A stretch of 64,000 nt of DNA, taken from contig JAUVNS010000002.1 in NCBI GenBank assembly GCA_030599585.1, forward strand, positions 320,001 to 384,000, written 5' to 3'. This document shows, piece after piece, positions 18,163 through 28,800 of this stretch. Both the position numbers and the translations under genes were made by a program. The notes under the pieces were generated by a model, which saw nothing but the letters and a program-made list of their open reading frames with translations, ran no database searches and had not been told where the DNA came from. The stretch's first letter is position 1. Each line of letters opens with the position of its first letter. The stretch comes from Promethearchaeota archaeon. Its GTDB lineage: Archaea; Asgardarchaeota; Lokiarchaeia; Sigyniarchaeales; SOKP01.

Positions 18163-20805
18163 TTGGAAGAGAAAAAAGGACTAAAGCTTTTTTCTTTGTC
18201 AAAATTTACTAATTTTGAAATGATAATGGACTCTCAGCTTGCTTCTTCCGGAGCCCATCAAGCAAAAATACTTGAGAAGTACGCGAAAAATAACAAATAC
18301 ATAAGAAACCAAGCAATATCGTTAAAATTTATTTCAGCTCTATTGATGGTTCTTATGCCCTTCCTTTCGATTATAATGTATTTTGAAATTTTGGAAAATA
18401 TGCACCCGTTCTATCCTATACAGGGGAGGATATTTGTATTTAGTTTTTTTATCTTGATATCTTTGGTAATTTCGATATTATATTTATTCCTTTTTGGGTT
18501 GTTTACAACAAGTTCATTAATGTCTGGTTCTGCGTTTAAATGGTTGCACACGCTACCATTATCTCGAAAAGATTTAAAAAAGTTAGGATTTATGACTCTG
18601 TTCAGAAACCTAAATGTACAAATAATAGTCATGACACTTGCTTTTCCAATAATATTACTTATTTTAACACAAAATATTTTTGCATTTTTTATGTGTCTTA
18701 TTTCCTCATTTCTTATAACTATTATTGGAGTGAGTATTTTAATTATTGTTGCAGAAAAGTTCAGCCGTGTGTTCTCAGAATCGAATAGACAATCAAGTAA
18801 AGCTAATCTTTTAAGAATGGTCTCACTGATGGGTTTTTTCATCATAGCGTTTGGTTCGAGTTTTATTATGCAATTTGGTCTAAATGCTATATACGATCTT
18901 ATAGCTAATTTTAGTTTAAATCCTCCTACAATAGGTTTAAACATGATGCTAAGTATGATCCCATTACCATTTGCACCGGGATATTTAGTGAGCTTAAGTT
19001 TGGCCCCTGACCAAATTCCGTTAAGCCTATGGGGTTCAACTTTAGTGGGGATGGGGCTTTTAGCGGGACTAACTTTTCTCACTTATAAAATAGCAATCAA
19101 ATCTTTATCGAGCGTTGCTACTTTTGAAGTGGATTACTCAAAAACTAAAAAAGATGCAAAAAAAAAGATTAAACCAATCTTAATAGAAGTAAAATCAACA
19201 TCCCCTCTTAAATCATATATTCGTAAGGATTTAATCTCTTCGACGCGAGATTATCAATCATTAATCTTTGTTCTCATGCCTCTTGTTTACCCTATAATCT
19301 TGATTTTCTCGATGCAAGGTGTTATAACTGGAGAAGTATCTTCTACTTTTGGCAATATGATTTTATGGGCAATTATTATAATAGTAAGCCAATTTATACC
19401 CCTGATGTTAGTAGGAGGTTTACTGAATATGGAAGAATCTGGTTCCTCCACGCTTGCATCGCTGCCTCTTTTACCCCGGGATCAAGCGAAAGCAAAATTA
19501 GTACTTATGTTAATCATCCATGGAATTTCTATGAGTCTCATGGCCATTGTTTTAACATTGATAACCCAATCTGTAAATATGTTGATTTTGATACTAGGTA
19601 GTTTACCGATTACATGGGCTTTACTTTTATTTGTATTTCAAATGAAGGTGCGATTATTTGGGACAATGAAATACAAATATGTTCTTGAAGAAGTTAATGT
19701 TAATAATAAATTATTGAAATGGGTATCTATAGTTGCTGCTGACGTAGGTGTCTGTATTTTTGTTCTAATCCTTGGATTTACATTCTTCATTACTCTAGGA
19801 TTTATACCTACCACAATCATATTGTTTTTCTTAGGATTAGTTGGAACATCTGTGCTTATTTACACTTTCATAAAAATGTTCCCTAAACTTGGTAGGACGC
19901 CACAATTTGAAACAAGAGGATTACTCAGAAACAATCCAATTCTTGGTGGAATAGTAATAATGCTTTTATTCGCATTTTTTCCATGGATTGCAACTTTTAT
20001 TGAGGTTATTTTTCTTCCTCTCATATTGAATTTAGAATTTATAGGAATCTTATTCTTCGAATTTTTTTATACAGAAGGTTTTTTTATACTATTATTACTC
20101 CTTATCGTTCCAAAAGGGATGAAATTACCTCGTAAAGATGAAACCATTTTAGGTTATACTAAAACAATCGGATTGACAAGGATCAAACCTTTAGGTCGAA
20201 ACCTTATTGTTGGATTTGGCTCTGCTTTTATTCTTTGTTGTTCCTTGATTATTGGTGCTAACCTTTTAGGAGTATTTATTTTTGCTCCTGATTTTTTGTT
20301 TTGGGATCCAAATCCTATTTATGGGGGAATTGCCAGTTTTGGCTGGTTTATTTGGATTTTTATGATTAGACCGGGATTATGGGAGGAAGTTGCATTTCGA
20401 GGCATTGTTATACCTTTACTTTCAAGAAAGTATAAAAAATTATGCACGATTCTAATAAGCGGAGTCATATTTGGATTAGCACACGCATTTAATATCATAG
20501 GGGTTTTATTATCGGGTGGAAATCATCTTTTTACGCTATTTCAGGTGATATACGCGACACTTATCGGTTTCTCAATGGGATATATGTATCTAAAAACTAA
20601 AAGTTTACTTCCAAGCATAATATATCATTATTTAATTGATACAGTGGGACTGATATTTCTAAATGTTTATATCGAAAATATATTTCTCGTGGGAGTATTT
20701 TTGATTGTATTTCTAGGCGTTATTCCTGCAATTCTGAATATAGGTTTAACAAAATTGATTTTTTGGAAGGATCAAAATGAAGATTTTATAATTAATAAAC
20801 GATAA
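18163..20805 (+). CDS. ABC permease fused to a C-terminal CPBP (Abi/CAAX) intramembrane protease, copy 1
   Basis: Multi-TM N-region with TLPL, IRKDL...RD and SLPL permease motifs; C-region WEEVAFRG, FGLAH, HYLID. Confidence 0.82.
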   Translation: MEEKKGLKLFSLSKFTNFEMIMDSQLASSGAHQAKILEKYAKNNKYIRNQAISLKFISALLMVLMPFLSIIMYFEILENMHPFYPIQGRIFVFSFFILISLVISILYLFLFGLFTTSSLMSGSAFKWLHTLPLSRKDLKKLGFMTLFRNLNVQIIVMTLAFPIILLILTQNIFAFFMCLISSFLITIIGVSILIIVAEKFSRVFSESNRQSSKANLLRMVSLMGFFIIAFGSSFIMQFGLNAIYDLIANFSLNPPTIGLNMMLSMIPLPFAPGYLVSLSLAPDQIPLSLWGSTLVGMGLLAGLTFLTYKIAIKSLSSVATFEVDYSKTKKDAKKKIKPILIEVKSTSPLKSYIRKDLISSTRDYQSLIFVLMPLVYPIILIFSMQGVITGEVSSTFGNMILWAIIIIVSQFIPLMLVGGLLNMEESGSSTLASLPLLPRDQAKAKLVLMLIIHGISMSLMAIVLTLITQSVNMLILILGSLPITWALLLFVFQMKVRLFGTMKYKYVLEEVNVNNKLLKWVSIVAADVGVCIFVLILGFTFFITLGFIPTTIILFFLGLVGTSVLIYTFIKMFPKLGRTPQFETRGLLRNNPILGGIVIMLLFAFFPWIATFIEVIFLPLILNLEFIGILFFEFFYTEGFFILLLLLIVPKGMKLPRKDETILGYTKTIGLTRIKPLGRNLIVGFGSAFILCCSLIIGANLLGVFIFAPDFLFWDPNPIYGGIASFGWFIWIFMIRPGLWEEVAFRGIVIPLLSRKYKKLCTILISGVIFGLAHAFNIIGVLLSGGNHLFTLFQVIYATLIGFSMGYMYLKTKSLLPSIIYHYLIDTVGLIFLNVYIENIFLVGVFLIVFLGVIPAILNIGLTKLIFWKDQNEDFIINKR

Positions 20806-20838
20806 AACTTTTAAAAAATAATAATAAGATGATGTAGA

Positions 20839-21633
20839 ATGAACGATAGTATCATGATATCCGTAAGTAGGTTAAAGAAATTTTTTGGGGATGTAAAGGC
20901 AGTCAATGGGATTTCGTTTGATGTAAAAAAGGGAGAAGTTTTTGGTCTTTTAGGACCAAATGGAGCCGGAAAAACAACCACTATTAAATTATTATTAGGG
21001 TTACTCGAGCCAAACGAAGGCACCATTGAAATTATGGGTTTAAATCCCGAAATAGATGAAGTTCAAATAAAAAGTCGTGTGGGTTATGTATCTGAAGAAC
21101 CTCTGATTTTCAAATCTTTGACACCTAAGGACTTATTTAACTTTATTGCGTCAATACGCAAATTAAACGCTGAAGAAACTTCAGTAAGAGCCCAAGAATA
21201 TATGGAGAGTTTAGGTGCTTTAGAATACTACGATCAGTTAGTTGCTACTCTTTCCCATGGCAATAAACAAAAAATTCAATTAATATCTTCTATCCTCCAC
21301 GACCCTGATTTACTCATTTTGGACGAACCACTTTCGGGGCTTGACGCAAAATCTGTAAAAGTTGTTAAAGAAATTATAGATATCCATATCGAAAATGGTG
21401 GTGCTGTATTATTTTCAACACATATTATGGAAATTGCAGAGGATTTGTGTGATCGCATTGCGATATTAAATCGAGGAAAAATTGTTGGTATTGGATCGAT
21501 GGATGAATTAAGACAGCAAGCAGATCATTTAGGAGCTAATTTAGAAGATGTATTCTTAAGATTAACAGAACAAGATGTAAGTGTAAACGAGATAGTAAAG
21601 AAGTTGAGAAAATCTTTTAGCGACAGAAGTTAA
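20839..21633 (+). CDS. ABC transporter ATP-binding protein, copy 2
   Basis: Same motifs as copy 1 and a close paralog of it. Confidence 0.95.
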   Translation: MNDSIMISVSRLKKFFGDVKAVNGISFDVKKGEVFGLLGPNGAGKTTTIKLLLGLLEPNEGTIEIMGLNPEIDEVQIKSRVGYVSEEPLIFKSLTPKDLFNFIASIRKLNAEETSVRAQEYMESLGALEYYDQLVATLSHGNKQKIQLISSILHDPDLLILDEPLSGLDAKSVKVVKEIIDIHIENGGAVLFSTHIMEIAEDLCDRIAILNRGKIVGIGSMDELRQQADHLGANLEDVFLRLTEQDVSVNEIVKKLRKSFSDRS

Positions 21634-21646
21634 GGGTAGTTCAATC

Positions 21647-24262
21647 ATGACAGAAAAGGAAATGGGACTTTATAAGCTTGCCAAGTTTACGAATTTAGAG
21701 ATTGTAATGGAGGCGCAAGTTCAATCTAGTGGTGCAAACCAAGCTCGTCTTATGGAGAAATACAAGAAAAATAAGGGCTCAATTAAACAGCAAGCGTTTG
21801 CAATGAAAGTAGTATTTGCAGTGATGCTTTTATTCGTGGCTATGTTACCAATTAGTACCTACTTTCAAGTAAGAGATATGCTTAGCAATCCACTGGTAAT
21901 TCCAGATTCTGTATTGCTTCCCGGAAGCATTCTATTTGGAACTTTTAATTTAATGCAAATGCTTTACCTTATCATGCTCGGTATGTTCGCTATCGGTGCC
22001 ATGATGTCTGGAGATGCATTTAGGTGGTATGAGACCCTTCCGTTATCCAAAAAAAGGTTACGAAAGTTAGGTTTTATGACCGTTTTCCGAAATTTAGATG
22101 TAGGACTAATTACGATGATGCTTGCTTTTCCGATAATAATATTCGCATTCTCTCTTAACATTCTGTTAGCATTAGTCGCTCTAATGATTTCTGTTATTAA
22201 CGTTATGTTTTCTTTTAGCGTACTTGTATTAATAGCAGGAAAGATTAGTAAGGTACTGAAAATTAGCGAAGCAGGTTCTAGGAAAGCCACGCTCATTCGA
22301 ATTTTCACAATGTTAAGTTATATGGTAGTCATTTTTTCTGCTTCAATTTTCGTGCAATGGATAGCCACTTCAGCAGGAGATTTTTTTGATTTGATGGTAT
22401 CTTCAAATATTCCACTGATAGTCAACATAATCATGAGTTTGATTCCGTTTCCGTTTTCTTCTGGATATTTAATGACTATGTCCATGGAGCCTTCAAGTTT
22501 TACTCCAATTTTGTGGGTTTCAGCTTTATTTGGAGTTGGTATTTCTATATTGTTAACATTTTTTACTTATAAGAAAGCTTTGAAAGCTATGAGATCGGTA
22601 ACTTCATCAGCGTCTCTTGAAGCTAAACAATCATCTTCTTCAAAAATTATCTCTGAAAAACCTATTATTGTTCTTATCGAGCCCCGAACGCCAGTTAAAG
22701 CCTTTATCCGTAAGGATTTATCTACTGCTACAAGAGATATTCAAACTTTTATGTTCATTATAATGCCCTTTGTTCTTCCATTTATGGTGTTAATTCCACT
22801 ACTAATGACTCCAACAGGGCTTATGGATTCATTTAATGAAGGTTATGTTACGGTTTGGGCCTTGGCAACTATGTATCAACCTATGATTTCAATGATGCTT
22901 ACTTCGGGATTTTTAAATATGGAGGATACTGGCGCATCAATTCTCTCGTCCTTACCAATCCGTATTCGCGACCAAGCGAAAGGGAAATTATTATTAATGG
23001 GTTCAATCCAGACAATTTCTTTTTTCTTGCCTATTATTTTGTTCATTGGAAATCCAGATTTCCTTAGTTATTTGTTTTCATTTATTTCTTTTTTTCCCGT
23101 TGTACTAATCCTACTACTTTCAATGTTTCAGATGAAGATAAGATTTTTTGGCAGAATGAGATATAAATTTGTTGTAGAAGAATTTAATCCAGAGAAAAAG
23201 GTAACAAAATGGTTAATAATGGGAGTAAGCCAATATCTAATTTATTTTGCTTTCAACTTCATGGGTAGTATTTTGTTATTATTTTTTGGTCCGATTATGA
23301 TGTTTTTAGCAACTTTTATTGGTGGAATCATCGCTTTAGGTGTTTTATTACTTTCTTTCAATAATATGTTTCCAAAAGGTTTGGAAAAAAAAGAAACAAT
23401 AAGCATAAGAGAAATTTTTAGAAAACACACCTTTTTTGGAACATTTAATCTCTTGGTTTTATATGCAGGGTTCTTATTACTACCAGGGCTTATTCAATTA
23501 CCCTTACTATTCTTTGTTGATTTACTCCCTGTAATAGTTATATTGTTTATCGATTTCTTTGTTAATTTTGGATTAATGATATTGCTATGGCTGTTCATAG
23601 TTCCAAGATCCTTAGGTCTCCCAAACGGAAAGATGCATCTAAAAGAATATATAAAGACAATTGGGATAAAAAATGATGGTAAGCTTGTTCGTAACATATT
23701 ACTCGGAATAAGTTGCTCTGCAATAGCTTTCTTATGCAGATTTATTACTGCAAATATATTTGGAAACTATGTTTTCGATCCAGATGTAATTTTTGGGACT
23801 CCGGGTTCGAGCATTTCGTTTTATGGATGGTTTTTGTTTATATTTATGTTAATACCGGGTATATGGGAGGAAGTCTCTTTCAGAGGTGTAATGATAACAC
23901 TGAATATGAGAAAGTACTCTCGTACAACTGCGTTTATAGTCGTGTCACTTCTATTCGGATTGTTCCACTATTTTAATTTACTATCAGGCGCTAGTTTATT
24001 TGCTACTAATTTACAGGTGATACACGCAGCACTGTTAGGTTTTCTATCTGGATATATGTTTATAAAAACAAGGAGTCTGATACCATCAATTATATTACAT
24101 TATTTCGTAAATACTCTCGGACAATTATTTATACCCGCTTCATTTGATAACGCGATTCAATTAAGTTTATTTGCAATATTTGGTCTTGGGTTACTTCCAA
24201 CAGTTTTCGGGATGATATTAGTTAAATTAGTAGTTAAAAAAGAACCAAGGGAGATAATGTAA
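21647..24262 (+). CDS. ABC permease fused to a C-terminal CPBP (Abi/CAAX) intramembrane protease, copy 2
   Basis: TLPL, IRKDL...RD, SLPI; C-region WEEVSFRG, FGLFH, HYFVN. Confidence 0.82.
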   Translation: MTEKEMGLYKLAKFTNLEIVMEAQVQSSGANQARLMEKYKKNKGSIKQQAFAMKVVFAVMLLFVAMLPISTYFQVRDMLSNPLVIPDSVLLPGSILFGTFNLMQMLYLIMLGMFAIGAMMSGDAFRWYETLPLSKKRLRKLGFMTVFRNLDVGLITMMLAFPIIIFAFSLNILLALVALMISVINVMFSFSVLVLIAGKISKVLKISEAGSRKATLIRIFTMLSYMVVIFSASIFVQWIATSAGDFFDLMVSSNIPLIVNIIMSLIPFPFSSGYLMTMSMEPSSFTPILWVSALFGVGISILLTFFTYKKALKAMRSVTSSASLEAKQSSSSKIISEKPIIVLIEPRTPVKAFIRKDLSTATRDIQTFMFIIMPFVLPFMVLIPLLMTPTGLMDSFNEGYVTVWALATMYQPMISMMLTSGFLNMEDTGASILSSLPIRIRDQAKGKLLLMGSIQTISFFLPIILFIGNPDFLSYLFSFISFFPVVLILLLSMFQMKIRFFGRMRYKFVVEEFNPEKKVTKWLIMGVSQYLIYFAFNFMGSILLLFFGPIMMFLATFIGGIIALGVLLLSFNNMFPKGLEKKETISIREIFRKHTFFGTFNLLVLYAGFLLLPGLIQLPLLFFVDLLPVIVILFIDFFVNFGLMILLWLFIVPRSLGLPNGKMHLKEYIKTIGIKNDGKLVRNILLGISCSAIAFLCRFITANIFGNYVFDPDVIFGTPGSSISFYGWFLFIFMLIPGIWEEVSFRGVMITLNMRKYSRTTAFIVVSLLFGLFHYFNLLSGASLFATNLQVIHAALLGFLSGYMFIKTRSLIPSIILHYFVNTLGQLFIPASFDNAIQLSLFAIFGLGLLPTVFGMILVKLVVKKEPREIM

Positions 24263-24270
24263 AATTAGAT

Positions 24271-25575
24271 TTACTTTTGTTTGTTATCTATTAAAGTGAT
24301 GTAAGCAATACATAGTTTTAAGACTTCTTCAAGACTCCCGTGTTCAATTTTATCTATTGTATCAGTAGGTTGGTGATAAAACTGGAGCATTTCTTTTAGA
24401 TTCATTGCTGAAATATTAAGTGCTTTTATTCCTGCCTTTGAAAAGGCTGTAGCGTCAGTACCTCCAGTAATTTGACCAATAATCTTCTCAATTTTCCCCG
24501 ATCCTCCGAGCGCAGACTCATTCACTTTGATTTTCACACTTTTTGCAGCTTTTGTTAATTTTCTAACCATAACATCGGAATGCTTAGTTCTCGTTGAAGG
24601 CTCAAAATCGATGATAGAAACTTTCTCTTTGCTCTGGATAGCGTCCATATTTACACACTCCGCGTCGTACTTTATTAATTCGTCAAAATGAGCGGAAACA
24701 TATCTAAAAGCTCCTCTTAGACCAGCTTCTTCACATCCGAAAGAAATTAATCTGATTTCAGTGTTTTTAGGAACAATATCTTTATGCGAACTCAAATATT
24801 TTCCTATTGCTAATACGATTGCCACAGCACTTAAATTGTCAACAGCGCCCGGTACTGTGTTTGCTTTATCTCCGAAGGATACGAAGTAAAACAAGCCTAA
24901 AAACGCAGGGATACCGATAATGAAAAGAATGAGGATAAATACGATAAATAATTCGTAAAAAAATAAGTTAATTAGTATTAACAGAACTATTATTAGTGAC
25001 GTAGCAAGCCATATAAGCATTATACCAATGCCAAGTAAAATCAGTATGGGATAACCTAACTTTAAACGGGTTAATAAATTAAATTCAAGTGCACTATCGT
25101 GGTGCCCTGAAAAAATTATTATCTTTTTAACCTCTTCTTTTGGATATATTCTTCCTACCACATTTTGAGAGCTTTTAGATTTAAATAAAGGATCAATAAA
25201 CTCACGATAATTGAAAAATTCGTTCCATAAAATTAAAAACGAAATTAGATTTAGAGAGAAGGAAATAAATGTCATTAGGTACCCCCAATAATTCGTTAGA
25301 TTAAGTGGTATTAGAAAAAACGCTAAAAAAGATGTAAGAACTAATATTATATCAATTTTTATATATCCTAAAAACGCTCGAGGGTTGCATGAGAAAGATT
25401 CTATTGTTGCAGCATCACAAGTTTTTTCTAATTCCATTTTGATGATTTCCGCACTTTGAGCTTCTTGCGAACTACATGGCATTCTAGGTCCACATTCATC
25501 AATTATTCTTTTAATGATTTCGTACATATACTCTGAATCTTCTTTACTGATATTGAGTTCCAAGTTAATTATCAT
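24271..25575 (-). CDS. M28 family metallopeptidase with inserted transmembrane hairpins
   Basis: GHHDS, GAVDNLSA, GCEEAGLRG, NMD, GTDA, YHQPTD; two hydrophobic insertions. Confidence 0.85.
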   Translation of the reverse strand: MIINLELNISKEDSEYMYEIIKRIIDECGPRMPCSSQEAQSAEIIKMELEKTCDAATIESFSCNPRAFLGYIKIDIILVLTSFLAFFLIPLNLTNYWGYLMTFISFSLNLISFLILWNEFFNYREFIDPLFKSKSSQNVVGRIYPKEEVKKIIIFSGHHDSALEFNLLTRLKLGYPILILLGIGIMLIWLATSLIIVLLILINLFFYELFIVFILILFIIGIPAFLGLFYFVSFGDKANTVPGAVDNLSAVAIVLAIGKYLSSHKDIVPKNTEIRLISFGCEEAGLRGAFRYVSAHFDELIKYDAECVNMDAIQSKEKVSIIDFEPSTRTKHSDVMVRKLTKAAKSVKIKVNESALGGSGKIEKIIGQITGGTDATAFSKAGIKALNISAMNLKEMLQFYHQPTDTIDKIEHGSLEEVLKLCIAYITLIDNKQK

Positions 25576-25741
25576 CTCGCGTTCTGAATTGTGAATTTAG
25601 ATATATATGAGTATTAAGTTATAAATTATATATCAATATTGATTGATATATCTTATAAAATAATTGATTTAGTGAGTGAAAAATCATAATTTTTTTTATT
25701 TTTTGAACTATTCGTCTTTTTATGTTTTAGAGGTGTAGTTA

Positions 25742-26467
25742 ATGAATTTATTTGAAAAAGAACAATACGTATGCAAAGTTTGTGGTTTTAATATTATAGG
25801 ATATTTTCCTGAACGGTGTCCTTTCTGCGGTGCTTTAAACGTAAATTTCATAACAGCCGAGAATTGTTCCGAAAATTATAAGGTTTTAGAAACGAAAATA
25901 ACGGATAAAGTTATACGGCTGAATACTACACCCCCGTTAGGCTTAGAACACGCAGCCTATGGTATAAAAACAGAAAATCAAACCATCTGGATAGATTGTC
26001 CTTCTACTTTTGATAGTTCGTTAGAAAAAATGGACAAAATCATATTCACGCATCACCACTTTCTTGGAGCATCAAATCTATATCGAAGTTACAACACCGC
26101 ATTTGTTTGGATTCACATTGAGGATTCAAAGCACGATATGTCTCAAAAACACACATTTGATAAGAGGTTTGATACTGATTTTCAGTTATCGGGAATTAAG
26201 GCTTTTCATATCAACGGCCATACGCCTGGATTTACATTTTATACTTACGAGAACATAGTTTTTATATGCGATTATGTTTCTCTATCGGAAGGGAGAATGA
26301 AATTTAATCCCTATGGTCCTCTCAGAAAAACGATTGAAGGAGGAAAATTAATTAAAAAATTACTTGAAAATGGAAATTACCAGAAAGTTTGTGGTTTCGA
26401 TTATGATGTAGCTTTTTCAGAATGGAGTAGCCTGCTTAACGATCTTCTGAACTCTTCAACTAACTAA
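25742..26467 (+). CDS. Rubredoxin-like Zn/Fe ribbon fused to a metallo-beta-lactamase-fold domain
   Basis: CKVCG...CPFCG; then IDCP, FTHHHF, GHTPG, FICD. Confidence 0.72.
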   Translation: MNLFEKEQYVCKVCGFNIIGYFPERCPFCGALNVNFITAENCSENYKVLETKITDKVIRLNTTPPLGLEHAAYGIKTENQTIWIDCPSTFDSSLEKMDKIIFTHHHFLGASNLYRSYNTAFVWIHIEDSKHDMSQKHTFDKRFDTDFQLSGIKAFHINGHTPGFTFYTYENIVFICDYVSLSEGRMKFNPYGPLRKTIEGGKLIKKLLENGNYQKVCGFDYDVAFSEWSSLLNDLLNSSTN

Positions 26468-26489
26468 GTATAATAACATTTAAGACCGT

Positions 26490-26714
26490 TTATTCAAGAT
26501 TTACATGGTGCTTGGGTTTGAACTCAAGTGCATTGGTAGGACAAACATCGATGCATATTCCACAACGCGTACATTTATCTTCTGGATCAATGAAATCCAA
26601 TTTGCGCTTTTCGCCTATAGGAGTAGGAGGAGAAAAAAATAGGTTTTCAGGACATTCTTCTACACAATCTCTACATTTAATACATAAAATATTATCTACG
26701 ATAATTACCTTCAA
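26490..26714 (-). CDS. 2x[4Fe-4S] ferredoxin
   Basis: CIKCRDCVEECP and CTRCGICIDVCP. Confidence 0.9.
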   Translation of the reverse strand: MKVIIVDNILCIKCRDCVEECPENLFFSPPTPIGEKRKLDFIDPEDKCTRCGICIDVCPTNALEFKPKHHVNLE

Positions 26715-26955
26715 AGAAATTCACTATAATTCGTTTATTGCCTATTTATTCACTACTTTACACTTAAAATTAAGTAAAACTAAGTTCAATTTTATTCCTA
26801 CTACATGTAAATTTTTTCTAAATGTTTAAGTTTTTTAATAAGAATTTTTTTACTATTTTTAACAAAAAAAAATATGAATATATCACATGTAATTAAATTA
26901 GAATTTAGGCTAATAAGTAATCAATATAATATTACAAAATGGTTTTATAGAGATA

Positions 26956-27807
26956 ATGGAAAGCGCTAGACTGAAACAATTTGATGTTACTTGCCCGAAA
27001 TGTGGAAGCGGGAAAATCATATCTGTTCCGGATTCACTGTTTGTCCAAAAAAAGTTTGGAACGGTCAAGATTAAAGTCCCTCAAGGAGCAGTATGTAAAG
27101 ATCACAATTTTATAGTTTTTATCTCCACTAAAGGTCAAATAATTGGATATGATATAATAGACGCTTCTGTGTCACTAGACCATAAAGAAAAGCTTCCTGA
27201 GAATTTATCTGATCTAACTTTGGACGAAGTTATTGATGCATTCGGATTTAATTGTGTCGCTGGTTTTTTACATGCTAAATTATTCGATTACCCTTCTTTT
27301 GTTGTTAGAAACGAAGAATTTGCCCTTGATATTAAACAATTAAATGAATTGTTTGATAAGTTAATGCCTCCGAATTATCGAAATTCAAATGCCATAATGG
27401 ACGAGGAATTTGATTCTTATGTGTTTCCTAATCCTAATTATTATTACACATCTATTAAAAGAGAACATGCAGACGCTTTTTTAATCAATAATCGAAAATT
27501 AGTTATTCAAGTACCATGGCGGACACATAGTGATTTTGAGAAGTCAATTTTAACCAATGCCATAGGTAAAAAAGATAAAAGTGAGCAGTTACAATATTTA
27601 GCTCAATATATCTACCAATTTATTAGTGATGTAGAATTTACACAAACCCTTCTAGAAAATGTTAAGTCCATTAGTGAAAAGGAATTAATTAAGAAGCTCA
27701 AAGAGAATTTGATTGTATCTACGATTAATAAAAATCGAATCCTATCAATAAAAGAATTCATAACCAGAAGGATCTCAAAGGAATTAGGTAGTAAGATTAA
27801 AAAGTAA
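26956..27807 (+). CDS. Hypothetical protein with N-terminal CxxC...CxxH Zn-ribbon
   Basis: CPKCG...VCKDHNF; full-length ORF with host-like codon usage. Confidence 0.7.
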   Translation: MESARLKQFDVTCPKCGSGKIISVPDSLFVQKKFGTVKIKVPQGAVCKDHNFIVFISTKGQIIGYDIIDASVSLDHKEKLPENLSDLTLDEVIDAFGFNCVAGFLHAKLFDYPSFVVRNEEFALDIKQLNELFDKLMPPNYRNSNAIMDEEFDSYVFPNPNYYYTSIKREHADAFLINNRKLVIQVPWRTHSDFEKSILTNAIGKKDKSEQLQYLAQYIYQFISDVEFTQTLLENVKSISEKELIKKLKENLIVSTINKNRILSIKEFITRRISKELGSKIKK

Positions 27808-27968
27808 TAAAATTCATCGCTAATAGGAAATTTAGCATCAAAAGCCCTCAAAACCTATTTTTAAGATTTTATCCTAATTAGGTAAAATACAAAAAAGATA
27901 ATGAATTAATTATTTCAATAATTTAACTTTACTACATAATTAGAAGAAGAAGAAGAAGTGATGAACAT

Positions 27969-28751
27969 ATGGACTGGGGAATGAAAAACCGATTAGCAAG
28001 AATAATCAAACCTAAATCTGGACGATGTGTGATGCTTGCTGTCGATCATGGATATTTTGGTAATATTCCGGGGGCACTTAAGTGTTTTGGAGATTTGAAC
28101 CCTTTATTTCAACACGCTGACGCGTTAATGTTAACCAGAGGGATGCTGAGAAGCTGTGTTTCTGCTGATTTCGACATTCCAATTGTTTTAAGGGCATCAG
28201 CAGGAGCTAGTATGTTAAAGGAGCTTTCAAACGAAGAAATCAATATTACGATTGAAGAAGCTATAAGGTTAAATGTTTCAGCCATGACTTGCTCAATTTT
28301 CGTAGGAGGCGAGTACGAAAAACATAGTTTAATGAATTTGTCTAAATTAGTAAACTGGGGGCAGGAATATGGCATCCCAACATTAGCAGTCACTGCTGTT
28401 GGTAGGGAAATGGTAAGAGATCACAGATACTTAGGTATGGCAAGTAGAATGGCTGCCGAGTTAGGAGCTACTTTTGTAAAGACATATTACTGTGATGATT
28501 TTGAAAATGTTACGAGTATTTGTCCCGTACCAGTTGTTATTGCCGGTGGTAAAAAATTACCCGAAAAGGATGCCTTGCAAATGGCTAAAAACGCCATCAA
28601 TGCAGGAGCCGTAGGGGTAGACATGGGAAGGAATATTTTCCAATCAGAAAAACCTATCGGAATGATTAAAGCAGTGAGAGCTATAGTCCACGAGAACGCC
28701 TCTGTGGATGAAGCTTATGGCATTTATCAAGATGGTCCAATAGGGCTATAA
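27969..28751 (+). CDS. lsrF: LsrF-type DhnA class I aldolase/thiolase
   Basis: MDWGMKNRL, MLAVDHGY, VTAVG, VKTYY (Schiff-base Lys), VIAGGKK, GVDMGRNIFQ. Confidence 0.9.
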   Translation: MDWGMKNRLARIIKPKSGRCVMLAVDHGYFGNIPGALKCFGDLNPLFQHADALMLTRGMLRSCVSADFDIPIVLRASAGASMLKELSNEEINITIEEAIRLNVSAMTCSIFVGGEYEKHSLMNLSKLVNWGQEYGIPTLAVTAVGREMVRDHRYLGMASRMAAELGATFVKTYYCDDFENVTSICPVPVVIAGGKKLPEKDALQMAKNAINAGAVGVDMGRNIFQSEKPIGMIKAVRAIVHENASVDEAYGIYQDGPIGL

Positions 28752-28800
28752 TTTTTTAGATTTTTAGTTTAAATTAAACTATATACTTTTTTTTTATTCA

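Noticed and set aside
27942-27958. (GAA)n run before lsrF
   Set aside because: Short purine-rich leader or RBS-like sequence; too short to call a functional repeat.
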